Positions 1-8,411 are shown, counted from the stretch's first letter. The stretch: DNA of 32,000 bases from Candidatus Velamenicoccus archaeovorus (GCF_004102945.1 NZ_CP019384.1:990001-1022000), one strand, 5' to 3'. Notes: generated from the sequence alone by a model not told the origin. Numbers and translations: made by a program.

Positions 1-401
1 AGGTCCAAATAATCCTGATCGGAAAAACCGTAATCCTCGTGTTTTTTTAAAAACAGCTCATAATATCGCGGGTGGACGGAAACGACGCGGTTCAGTTCTG
101 CCGAAAAGAAATTCTCCCTGACAAAATGCTTTTCATCAGGAGTCAATTCAGAGGCGCGTTTTTGGGTTAAACGGAGAAAACGGTCCGATAACCGGCCCGC
201 GGCATATTCCTCGATCTGTTCGAGCAACGAAGGAACAACATTGAAGGTCTGGTGGACGTCCGGGAATTCATCCAAAAGAAGGGCCATGTCGAGATAATCT
301 TTTGTGCCGTGCAGCCGCACCCAGGGAAGCTCGGCTTCCCCCGTCAGGAGGTTCTTGTAGTACGGCTGATGCATATGAAGGATAAATGCGAGATAGACCA
401 T
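1..401 (-). CDS. Glycoside hydrolase family 57 protein, N-terminal part (gene continues past the left edge)
   Basis: Missing from the ORF track because it runs off the window. My reverse-strand translation from ATG 401..399 reads MVYLAFILHMHQPYYKNLLTGEAELPWVRLHGTKDYLDMALLLDEFPDVHQTFNVVPSLLEQIEEYAAGR... HMHQPYY and VRLHGTKDY match the N-terminal GH57 catalytic-domain motifs as I remember them. Confidence 0.8.
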   Translation of the reverse strand, partial: MVYLAFILHMHQPYYKNLLTGEAELPWVRLHGTKDYLDMALLLDEFPDVHQTFNVVPSLLEQIEEYAAGRLSDRFLRLTQKRASELTPDEKHFVRENFFSAELNRVVSVHPRYYELFLKKHEDYGFSDQDYLD

Positions 402-485
402 GGAAAAACGATTACTCAGATTGTAGAAGCAGATGGCACAGATTAAAAAACATTTTTATATCGGCCTTACCTAAATATGAAAGAT

Positions 486-514
486 ATATTACCATGTCTG
501 AAGCCATATTGCAA
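486..514 (-). promoter_or_regulatory. Candidate sigma-70 promoter for the GH57 gene
   Basis: On the minus strand: TTGCAA (514..509), 17-nt spacer, TAATAT (491..486). It sits about 85 nt upstream of the ATG at 401. Sequence pattern only. Confidence 0.4.
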
Positions 515-538
515 AACAATCCCCTCCTTTCAACTCAT

Positions 539-589
539 CTTGATTGAAGCTCGGCTTCAATCAAGGATTACGGCTTCAATCAGGGATTA
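539..589. repeat. Tandem 19-mer (2 copies, 1 mismatch) plus an inverted copy of its core, TTGATTGAAGC / GCTTCAATCAA
   Basis: cggcttcaatcaaggatta (552..570) is followed directly by cggcttcaatcagggatta (571..589). ttgattgaagc (540..550) is the exact inverted complement of gcttcaatcaa (554..564). The element lies just upstream of the candidate -35 of the GH57 promoter. Confidence 0.7.
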
Positions 590-617
590 GACTTGTTTTG
601 TCTCATTAAGGCGTGGA

Positions 618-656
618 TAAAAACAAGAACCCCTGGGTTTCCCCAGGGGTTCTTGT
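618..656 (-). terminator. Rho-independent terminator downstream of the porin-like gene
   Basis: Perfect 14-15 bp GC-rich stem, acaagaacccctgg(g) 623..637 with (c)ccaggggttcttgt 642..656, and a 4-6 nt loop. On the minus strand it is followed by TTTTTA (622..617). Two more hairpins lie between the stop codon and this stem: agtgc/gcact and aggcctgcgc/gcgcagggcct, in 664..725. Confidence 0.8.
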
Positions 657-725
657 AAAACAACTGCGCTTTCTAGGTTAGGCCCTGCGCTTATTAGGAA
701 TTGCGCAGGCCTAGTGCTTTCTGCA

Positions 726-2168
726 CTAGAAGCTAACTTTGCAGGAAGCGATTGCTTCAGCCGCTGTCTCACCCTGCTTATAACCGGTCGTAACGTTTTC
801 CGAGGCAATTGCCTTGCCAGGGAAGAACCAACCGCAGAGCAAGCCAAGCTGGACGTCTTCCGTGTAGTTATAAACCAGATTAACGTCTATCTCCTGACCG
901 AGCTCTTTCTTGCCAGCGTTGAAGTAGTAACCGTTGCCATCGTAATCGTTCATGTTCAAAACGCCAGATCTGGAAGGAGCTTTGGCCATCAACAAGTACA
1001 CATAATCCAACTGCAGCCACACATCTTCGATGGGAGAAAATTTGCCCATCAAATCGATGTTATGCGCATTAGACTGCGGGAAGAGTGCATTGATGATATG
1101 ACCGTTGGTCTGGTTTTCGAACATCGGATCCCATGCATGGTAGTTCTTGTCAGAGTTAGGATTGCTGCCGCTATTTCTGTCGGCATCACCGGAGAAGTAG
1201 GAGTAGATCAACCCGAAAGACGGAGTGTACTTCCAACCCGGAGTATACATAACAACAGACTGAGATGCCCATGCACTGCGATCTCTTTCAACAGTAGAGG
1301 TGCCAGCCGGTGAAAGTTTCTTACCGAACTGGTATGCCATTTCCTGCTGCAGATTCAGCTTGCTGGTCGGCATGGTGCTGACGCGGCCACCAATGGTCTG
1401 CACGCTGTCAAGCTTGTCCACACCGGTATGTTTCTCGGAACTATTATCCTTTGACCAGAAGTAACCTTCGGCCAAAGTGTTCCACTTATCTGAAAACTGA
1501 TAAGCGGCATTGATACCATACAGGTTGATCCAATCGTTTGAATTGGCGCCTGTAACGGTAGCATGATCGATAACCGCATACACGACGTCGATAACGAGCG
1601 GATCATAATTCAATGTGGCCCTGATCGCATCAAACGCCTTGCGATACGCCAAATCACCATTCACAGAGCCGTAACCGGCCGCTTCGTTATAATTGGTGGT
1701 CTGGTTCGTACCGATTCCGCCAGAAACCGCATTGCTGTCAGGATTACCAACGCCATCGCCAATGATCATATCATTGCCGAAGTGGAGTTCCTGACGGCCG
1801 ACTGTCAACGTCAATGGAGAATACAAGAACTCCTTCAACGTGACATAAGCCAAGTCGAGATCAATGTCGGTCGCATTGCTATTCGAAGACCCGACCTGAT
1901 TCCAATTCCGTTCATTGATCAAACGGATAGTAGCAGCAACGTTATCCGTGAGGTCTGCATCAACTCTCAGGCGGACAACGCTGTTGAAGACGCTGATCCT
2001 GTCTTCATTACTAGTCCCATCGCCCTTGGTCAGATCGAAATCATTGCGACCAATGTAGCGAGCAAGGATATCACCGCTCACTTTAATATTCTGCACGGCA
2101 GCGAAAGCAGGAACCGCTGCGGCGAAAACGAAGAGCGCGCAGAACAGAACCACTAAGCGCTTACTCAT
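726..2168 (-). CDS. Outer-membrane beta-barrel protein, porin / alginate-export-like
   Basis: 480-aa ORF. Signal peptide MSKRLVVLFCALFVFAAAVPAFA|AV. Alternating beta-strand-like composition rich in G/N/Y/D. LTVGRQELHFGNDMIIGDG resembles the alginate-export/porin family motif. C-terminal ...CKVSF ends in Phe as OMP beta-barrels do. SD AAAGGAGGAAAAG precedes the ATG. Confidence 0.75.
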   Translation of the reverse strand: MSKRLVVLFCALFVFAAAVPAFAAVQNIKVSGDILARYIGRNDFDLTKGDGTSNEDRISVFNSVVRLRVDADLTDNVAATIRLINERNWNQVGSSNSNATDIDLDLAYVTLKEFLYSPLTLTVGRQELHFGNDMIIGDGVGNPDSNAVSGGIGTNQTTNYNEAAGYGSVNGDLAYRKAFDAIRATLNYDPLVIDVVYAVIDHATVTGANSNDWINLYGINAAYQFSDKWNTLAEGYFWSKDNSSEKHTGVDKLDSVQTIGGRVSTMPTSKLNLQQEMAYQFGKKLSPAGTSTVERDRSAWASQSVVMYTPGWKYTPSFGLIYSYFSGDADRNSGSNPNSDKNYHAWDPMFENQTNGHIINALFPQSNAHNIDLMGKFSPIEDVWLQLDYVYLLMAKAPSRSGVLNMNDYDGNGYYFNAGKKELGQEIDVNLVYNYTEDVQLGLLCGWFFPGKAIASENVTTGYKQGETAAEAIASCKVSF

Positions 2169-2474
2169 CTTTTCCTCCTTTAGCCTTTTATAATATATGA
2201 ACTAGGAACATTGCTACACTACTGCTTGCCTAGGAGTTACCATCTATAGTTATATCGCCATTTATTCGACAACTTCGGGCTCGCTTGTATTCACCTCCCT
2301 TTGCGCCTTATTAAAGTCGTCTTTGGCGGTATAGCCTTTGTTTACAAATACCATATATTTCAACGGGTTGTCAACAGATTTTTTTAAGCGGGGTGGGCCT
2401 GGGGAGCGGATGGTAAAATTTAACTATTTTCCGACGGGAAACGAGGAAAGAAAACGCTTTCTCAAGACAGGGGA

Positions 2475-3119
2475 TCAAAGAATTTTTTGGACGATAGCTT
2501 CCATATCCCTTTGGATATCAGTCAATTGGACCGCAGACAAGCCTGCACCAAGCCCAACGCTCATAAGCTCATCTCTACGCAGGATGTCTCCGGGCGCATG
2601 GGCATCTGTGTTGATGCACATCTTGGCGCCATGCCTTAAAGCCATCTGAACCACGTGGCCGTTAGTCAGGCAATGCCCTTTTCTGGCGCTTAGTTCCAAA
2701 TAGACTCCTTTTCTGGCGGCCAGCTCTGCCTCTTCCCCGCGGATGAGGCCTGGATGAGCCACAAGGTCTACCCCGGCTTCAATGGCCGCCCGGACTGTCC
2801 CCGGCAAAACAGGCTCTACCAAAGTCTCTCCATGCGCCACGATCCAGCGGATACCGTTTTTGCGCGCGAAATTCACAGCTTCCGGGAATTGCTCCAAAGG
2901 CAGATGCGTCAATTCAATGCCGGGGATGACCCTGATGCGGCCGACAGGCCAATGATGACAAAATTCGGCAATGGCCGCTGTCACGCTTTTAAGATTGGAG
3001 ATATCCGCGTGGTCGGTGATGGCAATCGCTTTATAACCCTTTTCCTCGTAGCGCCTGGCCAACTCAGAAGCAAGCAGTTCGCCATCGCTCAATAAGGAAT
3101 GCGTATGCAGATCAAACAT
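2475..3119 (-). CDS. PHP-family metal-dependent phosphoesterase (histidinol-phosphatase-like)
   Basis: 214 aa. N-terminal MFDLHTHSLLSDG (HxH metal motif), then ITDHAD, AHGETLVEPV and NTDAHAP, which are typical PHP-domain His/Asp metal ligands. SD AAGGGGGT precedes the ATG. Confidence 0.8.
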   Translation of the reverse strand: MFDLHTHSLLSDGELLASELARRYEEKGYKAIAITDHADISNLKSVTAAIAEFCHHWPVGRIRVIPGIELTHLPLEQFPEAVNFARKNGIRWIVAHGETLVEPVLPGTVRAAIEAGVDLVAHPGLIRGEEAELAARKGVYLELSARKGHCLTNGHVVQMALRHGAKMCINTDAHAPGDILRRDELMSVGLGAGLSAVQLTDIQRDMEAIVQKIL

Positions 3120-3161
3120 AACTTACCCCCTTGTGCGCAACTAAAAACACTTCTCCACCCA

Positions 3162-3189
3162 ATTATATTTTAAATAAAGGAAGTTGCAA
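3162..3189 (-). promoter_or_regulatory. Candidate sigma-70 promoter for the PHP gene
   Basis: On the minus strand: TTGCAA (3189..3184), 16-nt spacer, consensus TATAAT (3167..3162). It lies in the 103-nt gap after the hydrogenase protease gene. Confidence 0.45.
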
Positions 3190-3222
3190 GCGAATTCACG
3201 GGAAGGAAATCCGCAAGACCGA

Positions 3223-3723
3223 TCAACGCACTCTAAGGATTTCCCTGATCATCCGGCAAACCGTCCTGGCGCCGGCCTGCACGGTCCGGGAAGGCTTTTT
3301 GCCAAAATCCGTCACTTGCGGCTGGATGCCCAGGACCGTAATCGAACAAGGAAAAGATTGGCACAGATAGCTGGCGAGAATTTTTAGCGGCATGCGGTGG
3401 GTGGAAAACGATATCCCTTCACTGATATCCTGCGCGTCAAAAAGGCGGGCTTCTCCAGGCGCCCTGTCCATGGAGATGGCATCTACGATCAGAAGGTGCG
3501 TGGGCCTGAATTTTTTTATCTCCCCGGTCAGGCTTTCCGGAGCGGTATGTCCCAAAAAAGCCCGTATCTCGACAGGGCCGGCTGTTTTTGACTTGCGGCC
3601 CAAGGCCTTGGCAACCCACAATCCTACGGCGTCGTCCCCTCTCAAATCCGAACCTATGCCGAGAATGCCGAGACGGTCGACACCTTCAAGTTTCTTTTGG
3701 AGTTGGGTCTTGAGATTCTGCAT
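3223..3723 (-). CDS. [NiFe]-hydrogenase maturation endopeptidase (HycI/HybD family)
   Basis: 166 aa. LGILGIGSDLRGDDAVG (GxGxxxxGDDxxG), LLIVDA and FSTHRMP fit the Asp/Asp/His metal-ligand pattern of hydrogenase C-terminal proteases. It is the last gene of the hydrogenase operon and overlaps the preceding gene by 38 nt. Confidence 0.85.
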   Translation of the reverse strand: MQNLKTQLQKKLEGVDRLGILGIGSDLRGDDAVGLWVAKALGRKSKTAGPVEIRAFLGHTAPESLTGEIKKFRPTHLLIVDAISMDRAPGEARLFDAQDISEGISFSTHRMPLKILASYLCQSFPCSITVLGIQPQVTDFGKKPSRTVQAGARTVCRMIREILRVR

Positions 3724-4066
3724 GGAAAATAACCTTCAGCTTTTTTTTATCCAGCTGCGCCAATTCAAACTCAGCGCTGGCTGTAAGCGCCTTCTTCAGG
3801 CAGGAATCCACGCATTGTCCGCAGTAAATGCAGCGGCCAAGGTCAAAAACCGCTTCATAGCGCTTTTCATCGATCTTGCTGATGGTGATGGCATTGGCCG
3901 GACAATCCCGCATGCACATCTTGCAGCCGATGCATTTGGAGGGATCGAACGTGATCTTGCCGCGGAACCCCTTGGGCATGCCGGACCTGTCCGCGGGATA
4001 ATTCAGGGTCGCGGGTTTTTTGAACATGGACTGCAGGACAAGTTTCAGCATTCTTCCGGGTTTCAT
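3686..4066 (-). CDS. 2x[4Fe-4S] ferredoxin-type hydrogenase subunit (NuoI / MbhN / HycF-like)
   Basis: Two CxxCxxCxxxCP-type motifs: CIGCKMCMRDCP and CIYCGQCVDSC. I place the start at ATG 4066, which forms an ATGA overlap with the stop of the NuoH-like gene. The track start at 4141 is an extension inside the upstream gene. Confidence 0.85.
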   Translation of the reverse strand: MKPGRMLKLVLQSMFKKPATLNYPADRSGMPKGFRGKITFDPSKCIGCKMCMRDCPANAITISKIDEKRYEAVFDLGRCIYCGQCVDSCLKKALTASAEFELAQLDKKKLKVIFHAESQDPTPKET

Positions 4067-5001
4067 TGCAACAGGACTCCTTTCAAAAATAAGACGATCA
4101 AAAGCTGCAACAGCGCCAAAGGCACAAGATACTTCCAGCAAAATCTTACCATCTGGTCAATGCGCAGCCTCGCAAAGATCGTACGGGCGAGCGTCAGAAG
4201 GAACACAACGAGAACAACTTTAAGAATGTAAATCAAAAACCCGATGGCCGCCTCGTCCTTCAGGCCGAAGGGCAAAAAGACCGCCGCCAGGAGCGAAGCC
4301 CCGACGACCATCTCGATGTCGATGGCGAGGCGAAAAAATGCATAAAGCCGGCCCGAATATTCCGTGAAAGTGCCGGCGACGATCTCCGTCTCGGCTTCAG
4401 GGATATCGAAGGGCGCTTTTTCCAATTTTCCCAGGAGCGCGACAAGCGCCACGCCAAAGCCGATAAGGTTAAAAAAGCAGTACATGGGGTGGTCAATATA
4501 GAACCGGGAGATATCGCTGAGCGTCCAGCTGTCGGCCAAAAGCGCCGGCGAGAAAAGCCCCATGAACAAAGGCACTTCATACGCAAACATTTGCGTCAGC
4601 GACCTGACAGAACCGATGCGCGCATAGAGAGACGTCGAATACCACCCGCCGATGAAAAAGGTCAGCGTGGGAAGGGTCAATAAATAAAGGACGACGACCA
4701 GGTCGCCGGAAAACGAATACAAGGCCCCGGTCTTCCACAAAGGGATATAGATGATGGATGAAACGACCGCCGTCAAGGCGAACAGAGGCATCAGGCGAAA
4801 CATCCGCACGTTGGCTTCGTCCGGCACGATGTCTTCTTTGCCCAAAAGCTTGATGAAATCCGCCAAAGGCTGAAACCATGGCGGCCCCTGCCTGTTCTGC
4901 ATGCGGGCGTACAGCTTGCGGTCGATGAATTCTGCAAATAAGCCGAACAGCGCCAGAAAAAGAAAACCTGGGAATATCAGAATAAGAAACAAAGCGTTCA
5001 T
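4063..5001 (-). CDS. Membrane anchor subunit, NuoH / MbhM / HycD-like
   Basis: About 312 aa, polytopic and hydrophobic. RKLYARMQNRQGPPWFQPLADFIKLLGKED resembles the NuoH signature (R.....Q.R.GP...G..Q..AD..KL..KE). Start is ATG 5001, in an ATGA overlap with the large-subunit stop. Confidence 0.85.
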   Translation of the reverse strand: MNALFLILIFPGFLFLALFGLFAEFIDRKLYARMQNRQGPPWFQPLADFIKLLGKEDIVPDEANVRMFRLMPLFALTAVVSSIIYIPLWKTGALYSFSGDLVVVLYLLTLPTLTFFIGGWYSTSLYARIGSVRSLTQMFAYEVPLFMGLFSPALLADSWTLSDISRFYIDHPMYCFFNLIGFGVALVALLGKLEKAPFDIPEAETEIVAGTFTEYSGRLYAFFRLAIDIEMVVGASLLAAVFLPFGLKDEAAIGFLIYILKVVLVVFLLTLARTIFARLRIDQMVRFCWKYLVPLALLQLLIVLFLKGVLLQ

Positions 5002-6248
5002 CAATGTTCCATCAGTTGGTGAAGCCTCTTCTCGGCAATGGTGACATCGAATCCTCTGGCACGATGCCATCCCAGGCTGAACGATCTCAAACTCTCCCAG
5101 CCCAGTATCTCTTTTTTTTCGCCGTCAAGGCGCCGGATACCCACCATCCTGTCGGTGCAGGAAAAACATGGATCGATGGCGGCAACGACGATGGGCATAT
5201 CGGCAAGAAACCTGTCTTTCAACATATGTTTGACGGTCTGGACATTTGCCAGGGTCGGGGCCCTCACCTTCACGCGTTCGGGTTTTTCCCCGCCGTTCGA
5301 TTTGACATAGTGGACGTCTTCGCCTCTCGGCGCTTCGTAACGGCTGAAGGCTTCTCCGGCAGGGATCTTGCGCGGGGCCCTGACGGCAATCGGCCCATCG
5401 GGGATCCTGGCGACGATCTGCCGGATGATCTTGAAAGATTCCATCAGTTCCTTTAAACGCACGACGGTGCGGCCATAGACATCACAATGATCGTCCGTGA
5501 TGACATCGAAATCCAGCTCTGCATAGGCGGCATAGGGGTCCTCGCGCCGGATGTCGCGGTCCACGCCGGAAGCCCGCGCCGTAGGCCCCACAGCGCCGAG
5601 ACGGAGCGCATCCTCTTTGGAAATGATGCCGACGCCGGAGAGCCGCTTGATGATCGTTGTCTCTTCCGTTGCGATCTGGATGTAATACTTGGTCCGCTCT
5701 TCGAGAGTCGCCACACCAGCCAGGATATCCTTCCCCTGCTCCGGCGCGATATCACGCCGCACGCCGCCGATGGTATTGATGCCGTAATTGACGCGGTTTC
5801 CCGTCAACTGGGCCAAAAGGTCCATGACGATCTCACGGTCGCGCCACGTATACATGAGCAACGTATCAAAACCGATCTCGTGACCCGCCACGCCCAGCCA
5901 TAAGAAATGACTGTGCACCCGTTCCAGCTCGCCGATGAGAGTACGGATATAGAGGGCGCGCGGCGGCACGGCCAGCCCGGCAATCTCCTCGACCGCCTGG
6001 ACATAGGCAGTGGAATGGGAATGAGAACAGATGCCGCAGATACGCTCCAGCAGATAAACATCCTGAAGGAATGTCCTTTCTTCGCAGGCTTTTTCAATGC
6101 CGCGGTGGTTATATCCCAGGCGGATGTCGACGCCGAGGATCTTTTCGCCTTTCAGGGCGATACTGAAGCTCTCCGGCTCTTTTAACGCAGGATGCTGGGG
6201 CCCGAGAGGGATCTTGAATTCATGTTCGTGTTCATGAGAATTATGCAT
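5001..6248 (-). CDS. Group-4 [NiFe]-hydrogenase large (catalytic) subunit, NuoD-like
   Basis: 415 aa from ATG 6248 (SD GGGGAG; 1 nt after the upstream TAA). N-terminal ligand motif RICGICSHSH, with Cys codons at 6038..6036 and 6029..6027. C-terminal DPCFSCTDR, with Cys codons at 5168..5166 and 5159..5157. A 48-aa tail follows. Confidence 0.95.
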   Translation of the reverse strand: MHNSHEHEHEFKIPLGPQHPALKEPESFSIALKGEKILGVDIRLGYNHRGIEKACEERTFLQDVYLLERICGICSHSHSTAYVQAVEEIAGLAVPPRALYIRTLIGELERVHSHFLWLGVAGHEIGFDTLLMYTWRDREIVMDLLAQLTGNRVNYGINTIGGVRRDIAPEQGKDILAGVATLEERTKYYIQIATEETTIIKRLSGVGIISKEDALRLGAVGPTARASGVDRDIRREDPYAAYAELDFDVITDDHCDVYGRTVVRLKELMESFKIIRQIVARIPDGPIAVRAPRKIPAGEAFSRYEAPRGEDVHYVKSNGGEKPERVKVRAPTLANVQTVKHMLKDRFLADMPIVVAAIDPCFSCTDRMVGIRRLDGEKKEILGWESLRSFSLGWHRARGFDVTIAEKRLHQLMEH

Positions 6249-6249
6249 A

Positions 6250-6717
6250 TTACATCTCCCCGCCAGAACCGTTCGCCGGCTTCCAGTCTTTGCGCAAAGG
6301 GTGTTCATCCGCAGGCCAGTCATCCGTCAAGGGATAACGATTTCCCTTGCGCAATCCCTGCACCTTGGCGCCGAACAAGTCGACGATCTCGCGTTCGTAA
6401 ATCTCTGCGCCGGGAAATACAGCCGTGATCGTCCGGATCACCGGATCTGATTTCGGCGCCCGCGTCTTAAGGTTCAACGTGATACCGCCTTCCCGGGCCA
6501 GGTGATAGATGAATCCGAGGTCGTCCCCTTCGTCTGTTCCCGTGATCGTGCAGAGGATGTTGAATTTCTCCTGATGCACCAGAAAATCAAAAACTTCCGA
6601 GAATCTGTCGCGGGCGACTTCGGCAGACAGGCGCCGCGGCCTGATGACCTTAAAAAAATCTTTCAGGAAATCAAACTGCCTGATCGTATTTTGCCTGATA
6701 TCCTCTTCGCAACTCAT
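6250..6717 (-). CDS. NuoC / MbhK-like (30-kDa) hydrogenase subunit
   Basis: 155 aa. Position between the NuoB-like and NuoD-like genes. YEREIVDLFGAKVQG...PLRKDW resembles the conserved NuoC core (ERE..D.FG..F.GHP..R). ATGA overlap with the upstream gene. Confidence 0.8.
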   Translation of the reverse strand: MSCEEDIRQNTIRQFDFLKDFFKVIRPRRLSAEVARDRFSEVFDFLVHQEKFNILCTITGTDEGDDLGFIYHLAREGGITLNLKTRAPKSDPVIRTITAVFPGAEIYEREIVDLFGAKVQGLRKGNRYPLTDDWPADEHPLRKDWKPANGSGGEM

Positions 6718-7238
6718 AGGGCATCTCCTGAATTCGCCTGTTCGTCCGTGCCGGCGCCATCTTCGGTTTTGTCCTGCTTCTTCGCTCCGGGGACAGGAGG
6801 CTTCCCTGCCTCCTCGAGGCTTGTCAATAACTTGACCACGCCGTCAATGATCGCCTTGGGGCCTGCGGGGCAGCCGGGGATATAGGCAGAAACGGGGATG
6901 ACCTCGTCTATGCCGCCGCGCACATTGTAACAGCCCTTAAAAACACCTCCGCCGCATGCGCAGGCTCCGACGGCAACCACAAATTTCGGTTCAGGCATTT
7001 GGTCATAAATACGCTTAAGTCTGTCCTGGATCTGTTTTGTGACGGGCCCGGAGCAAACCAGGACGTCCGCATGCCGCGGCGTCCCTTTCAGCTGGATCCC
7101 GAAACGCTCCACGTCATAGAGAGGCGTCAGGGCGGCAACAATCTCGATATCGCAGGCATTGCATGCGCCCGAATTGAAATGCAGGATCCACGGTGATTTG
7201 ATGCGCGCCCAATTGATGATCTTGCGAATGAACTTCAT
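6714..7238 (-). CDS. [NiFe]-hydrogenase small subunit, NuoB / MbhJ-like ([4Fe-4S] carrier)
   Basis: 174 aa. Cys ligand set SGACNACDIE ... GACACGGG ... IPGCP, typical of NuoB-type subunits. SD AGGAG. C-terminal ~35-aa acidic low-complexity tail. Confidence 0.9.
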   Translation of the reverse strand: MKFIRKIINWARIKSPWILHFNSGACNACDIEIVAALTPLYDVERFGIQLKGTPRHADVLVCSGPVTKQIQDRLKRIYDQMPEPKFVVAVGACACGGGVFKGCYNVRGGIDEVIPVSAYIPGCPAGPKAIIDGVVKLLTSLEEAGKPPVPGAKKQDKTEDGAGTDEQANSGDAL

Positions 7239-7239
7239 C

Positions 7240-7575
7240 TCATCTCCTAAAAAGGATAAACAAACCCGCTATGACTGCGACGATGTATAACTCCGCCATC
7301 ATCAGGGTATTGACCGATTCCAAAGGAATGGCCGTGATCATCATGGTCGCCACGTGCGCGACCGTAAAAAAGAACGCAAAAGGGAAAAACTGGCTGTAAT
7401 CCGGCTGAGCCATGTGGTCTTCCACATCCTCCCCGCAGGCATAGGCCTTCCCTGTCCCTTCTTCTCTTTTATCTTTCCTCTTGAAGGCAAAAACGGAAAG
7501 GCCGCGAGAAAGCAGCAAAAGAAAAAGAAAGACGATGGCAAAAACGACCGGAGGCGCCAACAGATATCGTCCCAT
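7240..7575 (-). CDS. Small 3-TM membrane subunit, NuoA / MbhI-like
   Basis: 111 aa, three predicted TM helices. The loop KAYACGEDVE parallels the NuoA YECGF loop, followed by FFPFAFFFTVAHV. It sits directly upstream of the NuoB-like gene, as in mbhI-J and nuoA-B. Confidence 0.55.
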   Translation of the reverse strand: MGRYLLAPPVVFAIVFLFLLLLSRGLSVFAFKRKDKREEGTGKAYACGEDVEDHMAQPDYSQFFPFAFFFTVAHVATMMITAIPLESVNTLMMAELYIVAVIAGLFILFRR

Positions 7576-7578
7576 AGG

Positions 7579-7899
7579 TCAACCTTTGAGATTCCTTAAT
7601 TGCCTGACGTCCAGGCTCTTGTTATGCTGATGCAGCCCCAGGACGATTCCGGCGGCAACGGCAATAATGACGACTTCCATAACGATAAGTGTAATGACCA
7701 GACTTTGGATCAACGCCTCGTGCCGCGTAACATACCCCACCAAAACAAGCAATAAGGTAACAGCCTTAATCAACAATTCCAGACCGATCAAGGCGCGGAT
7801 CAAGTTAAAAGTCACAAGCAGGCAATAGAACCCGATAATGAAGAGGATCACGATAAACAGGCAAAACGGCCAGAATAAGGTCAAAGCTTGCGCGCTCAT
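7579..7899 (-). CDS. NuoK / MrpC / MbhG-like membrane subunit
   Basis: 106 aa, three TM helices. NLIRALIGLELLIKAVTLLLV matches the NuoK/MnhC pattern (..L.G.E....A.nL..v). ATGA overlap with the upstream gene. Confidence 0.75.
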   Translation of the reverse strand: MSAQALTLFWPFCLFIVILFIIGFYCLLVTFNLIRALIGLELLIKAVTLLLVLVGYVTRHEALIQSLVITLIVMEVVIIAVAAGIVLGLHQHNKSLDVRQLRNLKG

Positions 7900-8399
7900 T
7901 TCTTTTTAGCCTCCCTGAAAAGAATGACGATGCCGAAGGCGCCCGTCAACAGCATGATGATCTGGCCCAATAGATCCAGGGGCCTCTGGTTCCAGAGGAC
8001 GATGCGCGGGTCCTTCTCGATCTCCGGCGCAGGCAAGATCAGGTTGAATTTAAGATTCAAAAAACTCAGGACGATCCCGGTAAGGATCAAAAGGATCGGC
8101 AGATACCAGAACCTTTCAAGCCTGTCCTTCATGTGTTGCAGGACCTTTTCCTGCGACATGGGCTGCGTCAGGCTGATGGTCGCGATAAAAACGACGGAGA
8201 TCAGGCCCGAACAGACCGACAGTTCAAAGACGGCCGCCAGGGGCGCATGAAGACGGAACATCAGGATCGTCAACATGGCGCTCGTCAAGGCCAAGCCGAT
8301 CGCAGATCTCAAGAGACTGCGGGTCATGACCGTCCACAACGCGGACAGCGCCATCAGGAACAAAACGACAATATCGATGTTCAATGCCAACATACTCAC
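7896..8399 (-). CDS. NuoJ-like / MbhD-MbhE-type membrane subunit
   Basis: 167 aa, hydrophobic. The N-terminal half ALSALWTVMTRSLLRSAIGLALTSAMLTILMFRLHAPLAAVFELSVCSGLISVVFIATISL parallels the NuoJ/MbhD pattern. The track start is GTG 8399; ATG 8393 (third codon) is an equally plausible start. Confidence 0.6.
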   Translation of the reverse strand: MSMLALNIDIVVLFLMALSALWTVMTRSLLRSAIGLALTSAMLTILMFRLHAPLAAVFELSVCSGLISVVFIATISLTQPMSQEKVLQHMKDRLERFWYLPILLILTGIVLSFLNLKFNLILPAPEIEKDPRIVLWNQRPLDLLGQIIMLLTGAFGIVILFREAKKK

Positions 8400-8411
8400 T
8401 CTGCCTTTTCT

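Noticed and set aside
552-589. Mini CRISPR-like array
   Set aside because: There are only two directly abutting 19-mers, no spacers and no cas genes.
714-2156. Plus-strand ORFs 714..1313 (199 aa) and 1563..2156 (197 aa)
   Set aside because: They are antisense to the porin-like gene. Their translations are low-complexity (V/I/R/D-rich) with no recognisable motifs, whereas the minus-strand product has a signal peptide and OMP features.
3392-4231. Plus-strand 279-aa ORF
   Set aside because: It runs antisense across the protease, ferredoxin-like and NuoH-like genes, all of which have clear family motifs. It has no motifs or SD and is a typical shadow ORF in GC-rich coding sequence.
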